From: Eledone cirrhosa
Taxonomy: Eukaryota
Direction of reading: 5' to 3'
DNA length: 64,000 nt
Assembly: GCA_964016885.1 (NCBI GenBank)
Contig: OZ024741.1
Location: 96,472,001-96,536,000 of the forward strand
Within the stretch, counting starts at the first letter, position 1. Every line of letters starts with the position of its first letter. The position numbers and the translations under genes were made by a program. Below, one piece after another: positions 27,086 to 41,345 of the stretch. The notes under the pieces are model-generated. The model made no database searches, had not been told where the DNA came from, and saw only the letters and a list, made by a program, of their open reading frames with translations.

Positions 27086-29404
27086 TATTTTTTATTTTCT
27101 GTTTATCTTTTTTACATTTGGGTTATTAATTTTTTGATATGTTTGAAATTGAGAAGCGTATCTCTTTATATCATTGCTACCAATGTTATGGTGAAGCGTA
27201 TCTCTTTATATCATTGCTACCAATGTTAAGTGTATCTTTGTTTTCCTTTCTCAATGAGACTAAATCATTTTATATTTCTAGTAAACACTGGTGACGGAAA
27301 ATGAAAATGTAAAATATTTCAAAAAACAAACGGAACTCCAACAAAAATTGGGTGAGTATTAGAGGTTTCAGTCTTTGCATAGGTAAAAGTGCAAATATAC
27401 TAAATGCTAAATAGAGAGGAAAACACATACACTCCAGCTAAAATAGCAACAACAACGGTAGTAATAAAAATAATTGGGGGGCAAGGGAAAATTGATTATC
27501 ACAACTTGGTGTTTAGCTAGTACATTATTTTACCGACTCAGAAGGAAGAAAGGCAAATGTGACCTTGCTGGGATTAGAATAGCCTAAACATACGTCACAA
27601 ACCATTTTGTTCAAGGCTCTAATTATGCTGCAAACCCACCACAGGAAAATAACATAACAGGCATCTAAATATCAGAACATGAAGACATTTTTAAAACGCA
27701 TCATATATCACATATTACATACGTACCACCTCCAGAAACTATACATCAGAAAACTAAAATATTTTAGAGGAGTATTGAGTATGAGTAAGTAGTTTGAGAA
27801 AACAGGTATCAATCTTGTCTATTAACTTTCCATTTCCTAAGAGAGTCATCTACATGTCATTGGTGACAATAGTGTTACTACATAAATTACCAGCGCAACA
27901 ACAAAACATTTCCAATAAATTGGATTAGATTTACCACAACAAAAATATAAATCTCAGGGGTTGCAGGAAAAATCGAACATACTTGTTACTAAAAAGATGA
28001 GTGGTAACAATTATGATTATATGCATTTGCATGAAAAACGATTCCACGAATTGAATACCTCACAAATTAGTAAAATACAACTTTGTCCTCGATGAACAAA
28101 TCCATCTTGAATGCAACAGCAGTAGCTATATAACAATGGAACTCATTTAAAGGACAGTCTACAATTTCCAATATTTCGCTGACAAATACTGCCTGCGTAA
28201 TGTATTTTCTGAAACAATTCATCATATTGTATTCAGTTATCCAAAATTATTGTCCCACCCCCAAGTTTATTTGAGACAACAATAACGCAGTGAAGCTGTC
28301 CCAGTGAAGCTGTCTGTTTATCCAGTCTCAAACCCTTAGAGAAACAAATCTGCGATATTTGTATGAAACGCTATCTATCTTAGAATGACAACCTGATGGA
28401 ATTTGATATACGGAGAGTTGATACGATACAATAAACCTGCCATTGTCTTTCTTTACATATATAATAGTAGTGCATAAATAATCGACAAACAATTACAATT
28501 GACTATGCTGTACAATAACAAACTGGTAATTAAGAAATATGTTTGTAATTTGCACAACTGGAATGAGACAACCACTACTGTAAAAACATAAGGCTAGATG
28601 TAAGTCCGCTAATAATTAACTATACGAGGGTCTGTTAATGTAGATAATGTATACACCTGTTAAATTTGATAAAGTTGCACGTTTTTTCCCTAAGATGTAA
28701 CTAATTCATTTTACCTTTTTTTTATACGTAATAACGGATTAATTGTGAAAAGTGCGCATAATTGATGAAATCTTTTTAGACGGATGAAACTGATGCAATT
28801 AAGTCCTATGTCGAATATTTTCGGGTGAATATGTACAGCAAAATCGTGCATGAAGTTTTGGTCTGGATGTGTACTACACAATGAATTTTGTTAAATACAC
28901 TCAAGTAACAGTTGTTGGCGTTAAAGCAGGCGAAAGAAACACCATATTTCTTAAAGTGTTAGTAATCCAAATAGGCTAACAAACATTAATGATAAGAAAG
29001 GAGAACATTTGTGCGGTAATTGACTAAACCGACTGTAGCAGGGTGTAATTGTTTATAACAATATATTTATCAATTTGCGCTTTGAACCAAAAGGGTGATT
29101 GGTTAGAGAATAGAACAATTACAAAATTTGATATGGAACTAAGAGAATTGTTTAAATTATGACATTTTTTTGTTTCTTTTATAAATAATAACAAAGAAAT
29201 TCAAAAATAATAATAATCGAACTCTAAAGAGAAATTGTTATTATGACCGAGCTATTTTATGAGATGATCTGAGAAATTTCTTCAAAGACAGATTCTAATT
29301 TATAACTGAACGGTTAGAGCATTTTGGAATATTTAATCAAGGCACATCTTACTCGTACGTCTTCAAAGAAACCATTATTAACGACCGCAAAACTACGATT
29401 ACTG

Positions 29405-29533
29405 ATGCTGTTGCTGTTACTACTACTACTACTAGTGCTGCTGCTGCTACTACTACTACTACCACTACTAGTGCTGCTGCTGCTGCTACTACTACTACTA
29501 CTAGTGGTGCTGCTGCTGTAACTGGTGCTTATG

Positions 29534-29581
<48 letters not shown>

Positions 29582-29611
29582 GTGCTGCTGCTGCTGTAAC
29601 TGGTGCTGCTG

Positions 29612-29653
<42 letters not shown>

Positions 29654-29775
29654 GTGCTGCTGCTGCTGCTAGTACTACTACTACTACTACTGCTGCTGCT
29701 ACTACTACTACTACTACTACTACTACTGGTGTTAATGATGATGGTGATGCTGCAGCTGGTGATGATGATGATGAT
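29405..29775. repeat. Compound (CTA)n/(CTG)n/(GAT)n trinucleotide array
   Basis: Directly visible. Confidence 0.95.
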
Positions 29776-31427
29776 TGTAAGAAGATTGTGAACAACGAAA
29801 TCAACCAGAGAAGAACTACATTAGCTTGTTGGCATACATAGTGGCAACATTAAACCTATGAACTACAACTGAATGCAAGAATAACAAACAAAATATTGGA
29901 TACACCAAAAGCAAATCCTAATAGCATGAAGAGCGACAACATCAACAACGGCAACAACTTTTGTAGTAGCAGATATCATTAATAAAGGAAAAATCAACAA
30001 AATCAAGTTGATAATTACCAACTTCAAACGGTGCCAAGTAGAAACACTGCTTTACACAAGAAGAGAAAGAGATAACATCATTTAAGCTGTGACTGTGTGA
30101 TATGACTCTTGGGATGGAAGTTTTCTTTATATTTTTCGGCGAACACATGCGGATATGGGAATGACATAGTTATATCAACCAGATCCATGTGTCTAAGCAA
30201 TTTTTCCAAACCTTATTCTCCTTTAAATATTCTCTCTAGAAACTTTCTTCCACTCTCTTGATATTTTAAAACCTAACCATTAATATTGAGTAGCATTAAC
30301 TCAGACCTGTCCACTCTCTCCGTCCGACGCAGTGATCTCGCACCCACTTTGGGGTGAGTGAGAGATGTCTTCTCTTGTGAAAATGGGTATAACTTTCATT
30401 ATGTAAAATATCCTCCCCGTTTTGCAGTACTTTTTTCATGGTTTTTACAGGTTGGGTTTTTAGAGGTTGGCAGGGATGTAAATTGGATATTCAATTTTGC
30501 TAATATTACTTAGCTATCTCTATATATTTGTCAATATGCCTTGAATGAGCTATAGCAACAGGATTTCCTACATAGAGTAACTGGAATGGCCTTTCGTCGC
30601 TTTCGATGAAGAGTATTCGAGTTGTTTCATTAACCGGAGAGCCAGCTCATAAAATTAACGTGTAATATAATTCTCAATGTGATTCAGTGTATACGAAAAC
30701 TGACGAACTTCCAAAGAGTTTTCGTCGACCTAATTTCACACACACAGCATGGTCCTCCCGAATCTATGGCAAATGACGCTTACCCAAGATACGACACAGA
30801 GAGATCGAAACCAACACCTAATGAATGCAAAGAAACTTTCTTAACCATTCTGCCATGGTGCGTGCACTCAGATTGACGTCGTTGTATTATTTCTTATGGG
30901 TCTGTTCAGCTACATGTACGTGTTTTTCTCTATATTTTGTATTTAGCATAAGTGTTACAATAAAAAACTACAGTGAACCAGGAAATCGATGCAGTTTCAG
31001 TCATCGGTGAGTCAAAGTAATTTCACTTCAGACGCTAATATTTTATGTCGGGTATAGATACTATAACACACGCTCAAATTCAACGCGAAAGAGTAGAGTT
31101 GTTAGAGCGAATGACAAGATGACTTGCTTGCTATGTTCTTGCACTCTGAGTTCAAATATCATCAGTATAGGAATTGATGAAATACTCTTCATTGTATAAT
31201 TAGTGTGTCTGACGAGGAGGCTTATTGCATTTTCTTTGATTCTCAGGATTCTGAGTTCAAAATTCCATTTTAGTATTATATAACCTATATTATGAATATG
31301 GTTCTGAAATGTAGCAAACCTGCCATTTTTATTTTCTAGAAAAAGCACTTAAATTTCTCAAATCCTATCCTAACTTATTAAAAAAAGACATATTGAGCAA
31401 TGTGGTCCCAAAACGAACGACAATGTC

Positions 31428-31479
<52 letters not shown>

Positions 31480-32121
31480 TATATATGACTAAGGCTCGAT
31501 TTTATTCTCTGAATTCTATCTTGTTTGATTTTGTATCATTCATGACACCCTTTAATTTGAAAGTAATAATCATAATATGTCTGCTCCTTACGTGGTGAGC
31601 TGTTTATCGTCGAGATGTTGGACTGCTATTTCTAGCGAAAGAGAACCCTTCATGTCGTTGCGAGTGCTAAAATTCATGTGTTGATACCATGTGCGTTTAG
31701 CCACTTTCAACCCTGCATTGAGTGAGATTAGATGATTTTAAAATTCCCTCACTGATGATCCGTTTCAAAATATCTAATTTCGCCGTTATTCGGTGAAATG
31801 TATTCTGATTTTCTGGGAAATACATATGAGGTAAATATATTTGATCGTTATCAGGTATTTTGTTTTAATATTTTAAATTAAATTTAATAAGATACTCAAC
31901 GAATTATGTCATCTCACTTTCAATGTAAATTGTCCCTAGTTTTAGGTTTTGCTATGTTTTAGTGCACACTTGTCTGTGTATGAATATATTTCAATCACTT
32001 TCTTATGATGATTAAGGCTCGATTTTATTCTCTGAATTCTATCTTGGCTTATAGAGACAAGACATATGTTTGATTTTGTATCATTCATGACACCTTTTAC
32101 TTTGAAAGTAATAATAATAAT

Positions 32122-32314
32122 AATAATTGTTTCTACGTTAGGCACAAGGCCAGCAATTACCCAGTGCATTACTGGTACTTTATTTTATCGATCCCGTAAG
32201 GATGAAAAGCAAAGTTAACCTCGGCGGGATTTTAACTCAGAATGGCAAGGGCCGTAACTCTATACGTCAAAGCATGGCGTCCGACCCTCTCCCAATACTG
32301 CCAATCCACCGCCC
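32122..32314 (-). mobile_element. SINE S1 with (ATT)n tail
   Basis: Full-length reverse complement of the consensus. Confidence 0.9.
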
Positions 32315-32326
32315 TATATATATATA

Positions 32327-32460
32327 GGAAAAGAGTGAGGACCACGACGGCTGAGCTCCGGCCGTTTCGATTCTTTTCCAGTTTCCCACTCTACTACCCT
32401 AAGTATCGAGTACTCAGGTGCGTTATGGTCCACCTGGTTCCTTACCACACTTCCTTCGTA
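32327..32460 (-). mobile_element. TA-embedded repeat family H (also 23537-23610, 36025-36400, 50293-50480)
   Basis: Shared blocks GAGTACTCGAtACTT..GGTAGTA and CTGGAA..GAAACGGC..GAGCTCAGCCGTCG. The 23537 copy has only the second block. Confidence 0.75.
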
Positions 32461-32525
32461 TATATATATATATAAATATACGCATGGTATTGGATACATT
32501 TTGTCAATATACTGATGGATTATTG

Positions 32526-32569
<44 letters not shown>

Positions 32570-33131
32570 GTATATCCACGTCCCACAAAAGTGATAAAAC
32601 AACAAACAGCAATATCAACTCTAGCGAGAACGACACAACCTTTACATTGTGGTTAGAAATGCTAGAAATACCAGCCAAATCTCTATCACATCACCACGCT
32701 CGTAGAAAAAGGACCCGTTTTAGACAATGTGTCCTTGTGATATTGTACAAAAATGGGTTCCTAACTACTAAGGCGCCTTTAAACATAACATTAAAAATAG
32801 AAGAACGTCAACCACATTCGTTTACACGAATAAAACAATAAAATACTAATTAAAAGGAACCTCAAAAATTACAACCACACATACACACACACCACCCTTC
32901 ATACAACCAGCGCCACTAGCACCACCATAACCAACATCCCCACCACAAACACCACCATCAAAGCTATCGCCAGCACCACCAACACCGCCGCCGCTGCCCT
33001 CGTCATCAACCCATCCACCACAGCCACTACTACTAGCGACGCCGCTACCACCAGCATCAATTACAAAACAACAACAGCCCCAACACGAGCAGAAGTAGCA
33101 CAATAATAACAATAACTACAACAACAATAGC

Positions 33132-34000
33132 AATAATGATTTCTAATTTAGGCACAATGCATGCAATTATAACGAGATTAGTATTCGACTCTTACTCATT
33201 TTATCAACCCAGGAAGGATAAAAGGCAAAGTTACTTCGAGGGGGTTTGAACTCAGAATTTAAAGAACCGGGACAAATACTACAAAGCATTTTAAACAATG
33301 CTCTAACAATTCCGCCAATATACTCTAACACCAAGAATAATAATGATTTCCACTACAGGCACAAGGCCAGCAATTTGGGGGAGGGGAACGACGATTAAGA
33401 TGACCCCAGTTCATTACTGGTGCTTTTATTTTATGAACCCCGTAAGGAGGAAAGGCAAAGCTAACCTCGGCGGGATCTGAATACATGACGTAAAGGGTCA
33501 TGACTCTATGCTACAAAACATGGTGTCAGTCGCTCTACCGATACCGGCAATTCACTGCCCTAACATCAAGTGCAATAATGGTTTCTTATACAGGCACAAG
33601 GCCATCAGTTTTGGGGGAAGGTAAAGTCGATTAAATCGACTCAAGTGCGTGACTTGTACTTTATTTTATCGATCCCGTAAGGATGAAAGGCAAAGCTAAA
33701 CTCGGTGGGATTTGAACACATAACTAAGGGCCATAGCTCTATGCTACAAAACATGGTGTCAGACGCTTTACCGATATTGATATCCACCGCCCTGACATCA
33801 AGTATAATAATTAATTATGATTAGAGCACAAATTCAATAATTTTGGATAAGTCGATTTAATCGACTAAATTGAGTTACTGTTACTTTATTATATCAATGC
33901 CGTAAGTATGATGACGGGCAAAGCTAACCTCAGCGTGATTTGAACTCAGAATATAACGAACCAAAGAACATACCGCAATAGCATCTACCAATTCTGCCAA
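33132..34000 (-). mobile_element. Head-to-tail array of four SINE S1-related copies (~33132-33320, 33341-33560, 33574-33792, 33810-34000)
   Basis: Each copy shows aaaggcaaag..ggatttgaac and a cacaa(gg) 3' block. Confidence 0.8.
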
Positions 34001-34069
34001 TTGAATACAAGAAACAAAAATAAATTCACTTACATAGCAACGAATCGAACCGAGTGGGAGTAAGAGAGC

Positions 34070-34075
34070 GAGAGA

Positions 34076-34150
<75 letters not shown>
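34070..34150. repeat. (AG)n microsatellite (also 53363-53451, 58135-58210)
   Basis: Directly visible. Confidence 0.95.
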
Positions 34151-34153
<3 letters not shown>

Positions 34154-34277
34154 CAATGAGCATGTGAGAGAAAGAACGTTTGTATGTGAGGGGAAATATA
34201 AAAGAAAATATGAGGGTGCTCGTACGTCTGTTTGTCAGTGTGAGAGAATCTGTGTGCATGTCTGAGTGGTAATATAA

Positions 34278-34331
<54 letters not shown>

Positions 34332-35043
34332 ATATGTGTGTTTGTATATATATGTATGTATAAATGCATATATATATATATTCAGAGAGAGAGAGAGAGG
34401 GGAGAAAGAGAGAGAGAGAGAGAGAGAGCGAGAGGGATAGAGAGAGAGAGTGTGTGTGTGTGTGTTTGAGTATACGCGTATTTATTTTTGCGAACACAAG
34501 ATAGAGCGATCCTATTTGTGAGAGAGAGAGAGAGAGGGGGTAGAGAGACATAATAAATCTAGAGGTAAAATAATTAGGCATCAAACACTAGAGCCAATAA
34601 CAACAAAGACAACATGAACGATCAACCACGGTAGCAACTGTAGCAACAACCTCAAATACATTAATGAAGCTAACAAATGAAGCGAAAAGGCCGTGCATAT
34701 GTATGTCTACGTTTATGCATGTAAGTGTGCTTATGTTTCTGTGTGGGGGTGTGCCAGTAATTACGTTTCTGTGCATATATGTGTTGTGTTAGAGTGAGAC
34801 AATATAGAAAGAAAGAAATATTTTGTGAAACAATAGTATAATCCATCAAACGAAATATAATATAATATAATATAATATAATATAATATAATATAATAAAA
34901 TATATACGTATATATACAATTATATTTGCTGTGGATTTTAGTATTGTTTCGATATTGTTTTCACAAAATGCTCATTCTTTTACATACACAGATACATATA
35001 TACACACACGCACGCAGACATATGCGCGTGCTCATACACACTC

Positions 35044-35089
<46 letters not shown>

Positions 35090-35538
35090 ACACACACACA
35101 CACACAAATAAATATATATATACACAAATAAATATATATATGTATATATGTATCTATAAGAAATGAATACCTACTTCGACCAGGTCTTTGGCAGAGTGCT
35201 TAATTTGAAGATAAAGTTGAAGATTTAATTAAATTTTAATAGGGATGAATAAATAAAAAAACTAACAATAGTAGGAACATCAATTTAGTAAATCAATTCC
35301 TATTGATATTAAGTCAACTGTAAATTGTGTTTAGAAATAATTATATAGAAGGCCTTTTGTTTCGGAAACCTTCTTTAAAAAGAAAAAGGAAAAATCATGT
35401 AGCGAACCTTTTGAACGCGTCTAACTTCCCTTCAATAATTTCTCCATTAATCGATTAAAGAGCTACAGCAGTTTTTATTATGTAATTTATAATGAACATA
35501 CAAAGACACATACAAGCGCGAACGCACATACGCACGCA

Positions 35539-35644
<106 letters not shown>

Positions 35645-35663
35645 GACACACACACACACACAC

Positions 35664-35769
<106 letters not shown>

Positions 35770-35777
35770 CGGCATGC

Positions 35778-35808
<31 letters not shown>

Positions 35809-35979
35809 CATACGGATGGTTAGTTAGCAAAAAAGTAAAAATGTTTCGTTGTGTCACATTTTTAAATACTTTGCAAAGTACGCAAAAAGATTCGATGTGC
35901 ATGGCCTCCTCAAAACTTTGATAGCTACTAGGTGTAGCTGTGCATATATATATATATATACACACACTCACCCCCCCCC

Positions 35980-36024
<45 letters not shown>

Positions 36025-36430
36025 AAATGAAGCAGCGGAGTCAGAAACTCGCGTTAGTCCCTGTAATTAATGAGCTCAAAGGAAAAGGAATCCTGGGCTC
36101 TTCAAGTATAATATAGAGAAGGAAACACACGAGAGAAAGTGTGTGTGTTTGCGGTTACGTTAGTGTATGGAGATACCACTAGTGTATGGAGAGTACTCGA
36201 CACTTGAGGTAGTAGAGTATGGTAATATGAAAGAGTCAGGACAACGATGGCTGAGTTCTTACCGTTTCAACATCTAGTTCCAGACTGAATCGTAGATGTT
36301 TTGAAGAATACAGTTCTTTCCACCACCAAAACATGTGCGGTTCAGTCTGAAACTAGGTGTTAGAACGGCAAGACCTCAGCGCTCGAGGAACCAACTCATT
36401 CACATATATATGCATATATATATATATATA

Positions 36431-36598
36431 CTGTATTTCCCGGCGCCGAAGACGCTTCGTCCTCGAGGACGCACCATAATTTTGACAGCCAAAAATTTGA
36501 TAAAAAAAAAAATAAACAACCTTTGACCTCCGGGACGCATGGTAGATTTTTGAGACTTATTTTAGGAAAAAAGTAGAGTCTTCGACGCCGGGTAACAC

Positions 36599-36600
<2 letters not shown>
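36431..36600. mobile_element. pogo/Tc1-mariner-type MITE flanked by TA
   Basis: TIRs ctgtatttcccggcgccgaagac / gtcttcgacgccgggtaacacgg, TA on both sides, internal gacgca repeats. Confidence 0.75.
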
Positions 36601-36665
<65 letters not shown>

Positions 36666-36666
36666 C

Positions 36667-36708
<42 letters not shown>

Positions 36709-36911
36709 TGTGTGCGTGCGTGTGTGTGTGTGTGTGTATGTGTGTGTGTATGTGTGTGTGTGTGCATATGAATGTATATATATATATATGTGTATGTATA
36801 TATATATAAATATATATAAGGAAAGCTAATTCATATATATTCACTTATTACGATGTAATCATTTATATTTTCAGTTGGGCATTTTAGCTCCACAGACTAT
36901 ATGCAGACTGC

Positions 36912-37103
36912 AGGTGGATTGGCAGTATCGGTAGAGGGTCGGGCGCCATGCTTTGAAGCATAGAGTTACCTCCCTTTATGATCCGAGTTCAAATCTCACC
37001 AAGGTTAACTTGGCCTTTCATCCTTACGGGATCGATAAAATAAAGTACCAGTAATGCACTGGGATAATTGCTGGTCTGGTGCCAAAAGTAGAAACAATTA
37101 TTA
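36912..37103 (+). mobile_element. SINE S1
   Basis: Full consensus match with (ATT) tail. Confidence 0.9.
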
Positions 37104-37467
37104 CTAGTTGCCTTGAGAAATAACTGTATTTCATAAAGCCTCATCTCACTTAATAGAGAGCAATCTCCTGTGTATTGTCGAAATATACGACTGACATGGC
37201 CGAGTAACGTTTCGTTTCTTCTGAAGAGAATATCTCTGAAACAGTAACGTAGTGGTAATTTTACTTCTAAACCATATCTATTTGCGTGTTTGATTTCAGC
37301 TAGCCTTTGCCATTCACTGAAGATTACAATTTTGGTTTCGTATGAAATCAAATATGTCAAAATCAATATTTATTTTATATCTGTATAAACGTTAACTTGA
37401 CAATCTGCCCTATTTCCACAATGATTAGAAAGTATATACATCGTCACCCTCATCATCATTATCATTA

Positions 37468-37660
37468 GAATTGGCAGTATTGGTAGAGGGTCGGACGCCA
37501 TGCTTTCTAGCATAGTTACGTCCCTTTACGGCCTGAGCTCCAATCCCGCCGAGGTTAACTTTGCCTTTCATCCTTACGGGGTTGATAAAATAAAGTACCA
37601 GTAATGTACTGAGTAATTGCTGGCCTTGTGCCAAAAGTAGAAACAATTATTATTATTATT
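37468..37660 (+). mobile_element. SINE S1 with (ATT)n tail
   Basis: Full consensus match. Confidence 0.9.
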
Positions 37661-37822
37661 TTTGTTGTTGTTGTACGTACCATAGATATATGTTCATTTT
37701 ATTTTCTGTTGACAACATTGCGTTAGTAACACGAACAGAATGCAGCATAACTTGTGACTGTGCACCTTTAGAACTATCCATGTTAATTAATAAATTTATA
37801 TAGCTGTATCTCTGTCTGTATA

Positions 37823-37871
<49 letters not shown>

Positions 37872-37895
37872 CGTACACACAGACACACACATATA

Positions 37896-37982
<87 letters not shown>

Positions 37983-38059
37983 GTATGCTTGTGTACGCAC
38001 ACACATGCAAATATACATAGACACAAATACACATACACACACACACACACACGCACATA

Positions 38060-38140
<81 letters not shown>

Positions 38141-39293
38141 GTGCATGTAAAGTATATTAACAACTGAAAATCAATACTAGCCACTATTAATTTACTGAGA
38201 TGAGATATTTTTGTTACTGCTGTATATCTCCAGGTTACTCCTAAACTACCAGGTTATCATCATCGTTTCATTTTAGAAGGATATAGAACAACAATATATA
38301 ATGTACCCTTCTTTGTGTAAGACGTTGTAGTTTGTTTTGTGGGCGGTTTCGTTGCTATATGATAACACTATGTATAGAGGTAATCTCCGAGTTAATTAAT
38401 TGACCTCAACTAAATTAATACGTCAGAAACGCCAACCGTGAAAAGCAATACTGCATTTAGTGTTGTATTTGATTATGCTGCAAGGAAAAATCAATATTAG
38501 TCACTGACTGAAACTCCTCACATTAAATATATTAACACTAACTTAACTGCTGCATTTATGTTGATAGTGTCTTTGAGTTATTCCTTTTCTAAACTACTCT
38601 ATTTATCTCCCCGAAATAAAGGCTGCTTTTAAGTTTTCTTACTTCAGTAGTTCTTCAGTAAATATAGTGAAAGTTTATCTGAAGCCAGAATAAGACCTTA
38701 ATATATGTGTAGTTGACTCCTGTACTTATCATATTAATAAACATATCATTACTTTTAGATATGCATTGAAGACTTTCCATTCTCTAGCATACCTATCATA
38801 GATGCCATAGAATATCGCAAATGTAAATTTGAAGGAGGATTGCTTACAATCGATAATAAGTTTAACAACAATTGAAATAAGTGAGTGGGGTTGTTTCACA
38901 AATGGAGATGTTTGGTCAATCTTTCTCTATAAATGTTGACTGCAGAAAAGTAGTTTGAATAAATAACAGAGATGCTTTTTATTCTCCATTAAAAAGTAAT
39001 ATTTTCCTTGTATTCCAGGCTGAAAATACAAAAAAAGTGTGTAATGCCCATTTATCCATGTTAGTAAAACTATAATGAAACTATCACTGTATTTTAGCTC
39101 AAACTAACAAGAACCATGTTACAAATTCAGGTGGGATTATATGCATGACTATATGAGTAAAACAGGCATTTCACGGTTATGTAGTTTCAGATCTGATTCT
39201 AATACGCAGCACATTGAGAAAATGATCATTACATTAGCTTCGAGACAATCAAAGCATGGATATAGATATATAAAAAGTACATGATAAAATGGC

Positions 39294-39615
39294 AAGTCAG
39301 TCAATCATATTGATGGCCTCCCCACAGCCCCGGCGGACAGAATGGAGAAGGCGTTTCCCAGGAGGACGGCAAGGGAGACGCGCTGGATGAGCCATTCCAA
39401 CTGGCGAAGCTCACACCTGCGGCTGGCCAGCTCAGCACCTATGGTGGTGGGTAGGGAGGTAGCCCTAGGGCCGAGGACACCAGAACTCTCCAGTGCCATG
39501 AGTACCACCGCAAATCTGTCGGAGAGCGACCGGTATTTGGAGAGTTTGGCCTCCTCAGCCCGACGTGCAGCAGAATCTGGGTTAGTCGCAGACTGCTCCA
39601 GGTTGCGGTTGGTGA
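39294..39615 (-). mobile_element. 3' fragment of a CRE-clade-like non-LTR element (REL endonuclease C-terminus)
   Basis: GC-rich island reading SAARRAEEAKLSKYRSLSDRFAVVLMALESSGVLGP..WLIQRVSLAVLLGNAFSIL*, followed by a short TGATTGACTGACT tail. Confidence 0.7.
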
Positions 39616-39740
39616 GTGAAATTCGGTTGAAAAATACTTTATGGAAAATCGTCAGATAGACTGCACCAGTTTAGGTTGGTGAACTTAAAACCGTCCACAT
39701 GTTTATCACCATCGCCTAGACCATGAATATTTCAAGCAAA

Positions 39741-39827
<87 letters not shown>

Positions 39828-39832
<5 letters not shown>

Positions 39833-41012
39833 TAAAATAACAGATTATAGTTTAAGCAAAGAATCGCTGCTTTCACCCTTAACGGGATCTTCTGAAACTA
39901 ACAAAGTCAATCTGTAAACGCAGAACTGGATATTTCAAAAACCATTGCAACCGGAGGAAGACGGGAAGACGATACTTTGGTTCGTGGAAACGTTCGCTGG
40001 CAAAGAACGTGAAAAAAACGAATAAGATACGTCATTAATAGGAGCGGTGAAAAACAATTACGCGCAAAGACAGAACCACGTTTATACCTTTACTTATTTG
40101 CATAGGTAAGTATATATTATCCGTATGTTTTGTAAAGGTACGTATACCTTCTCGTACGTATATCTGATTGTTATGGCGTATAATTTTTATATATTCTGGT
40201 ACATATGGTTCGGCTATGTGTATACGGGAGTTATGCGTCTGTGTGAGTATGCAGGTTCGTACGTATGTAGGGCGTGTGTATATGTGTACTTCATGTTTTG
40301 GTTGACTTACGTCTCCGAACATTCGTATATTTACATGTGGGTATGTGTGCGCGCTTGTTATATACGTATTTATTTATTTACATACGTTTATATAATTATT
40401 TATTTATTGGTATACACGCTTACACACACATATTTATATGCGCGTGGTTTTGTTTACCTATGGTAAATTTTTGCGTATGCTTGTGTATGTACGTATTTGT
40501 TTGCGTGTATGTATTTATTTATTTCCGTTACTTCTGTATTGTATTTATTTACTTTGTTCTTAACTCTGTAGCGGAGATTCATTCGGTCTCCTAGTTAGAA
40601 TTTAGTCTACGACTTCTGCTATACCATTTACGTGGTTTTGTCTTTGCGTGCTATTGTTCTCCACACACCACATATGACGTATTATCTTCGTTTTTTTCGT
40701 TCATTGCCAGAGAACGTTTCTATGCACCACCTAAGAGAACATTAGTCTATGACCTCTTTTATACAATAAACGTGGTTCTATCTTTGCGCGTAATTGTTTT
40801 TCACCGCTCCTATTAATGACGTATCTTATTCGTTTTTTTCCCGTTCTTTGCCAGGGAACGTTTCCACGTACCAAAGTATCGTCTTCCTGTCTTCCTCCGG
40901 TTGCAACGGTTTTTGAAATATCCACTTCTGCGTTTACAGATTGACTTTGTTAGTTTCAGAAGATCCCGTTAAGGGTGAAAGCAGCGATTCTTTAATCTGT
41001 TATTTTAATAAA
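39828..41012. mobile_element. (TA)n-flanked element with ~250-bp inverted arms (39828-40085 / 40766-41012) and a third partial, diverged arm (40628-40728)
   Basis: aaagaatcgctgctttcacccttaacgggatcttctgaaac..agaaccacgtttat is mirrored at 40766-41012. Confidence 0.85.
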
Positions 41013-41098
41013 TATTTGCTCTACGGTTCTTATATATTTGATATATATTTATCCTTATCGAGCCCTCTTTGGATTTTAGTCTTCAAATTTATTATTAT

Positions 41099-41134
<36 letters not shown>

Positions 41135-41148
41135 AGTTCTTCATACGG

Positions 41149-41232
<84 letters not shown>

Positions 41233-41283
41233 TGAGTTCTTCATACGGATTGGACACTACCGTAAACTCTTGGTAGAATTATC

Positions 41284-41345
<62 letters not shown>

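Noticed and set aside
27152-27228. Tandem ~36-bp duplication (also a 16-bp duplication near 21353)
   Set aside because: Ordinary local slippage duplications. Two units only, not a CRISPR-like array.
27850-27960. Minus-strand peptide IYIFVVVNLIQFIGNVLLL resembling a GPCR TM1
   Set aside because: Immediately followed by stops, with no other GPCR motifs. Likely chance in T-rich DNA.
28622-28900. tacgagggtc.. start resembling a mariner TIR
   Set aside because: No matching second TIR or transposase remnant found.
37200-37250. CTGAAGA..GAAA string resembling a hammerhead
   Set aside because: No convincing stem I or stem III, and only one copy seen.
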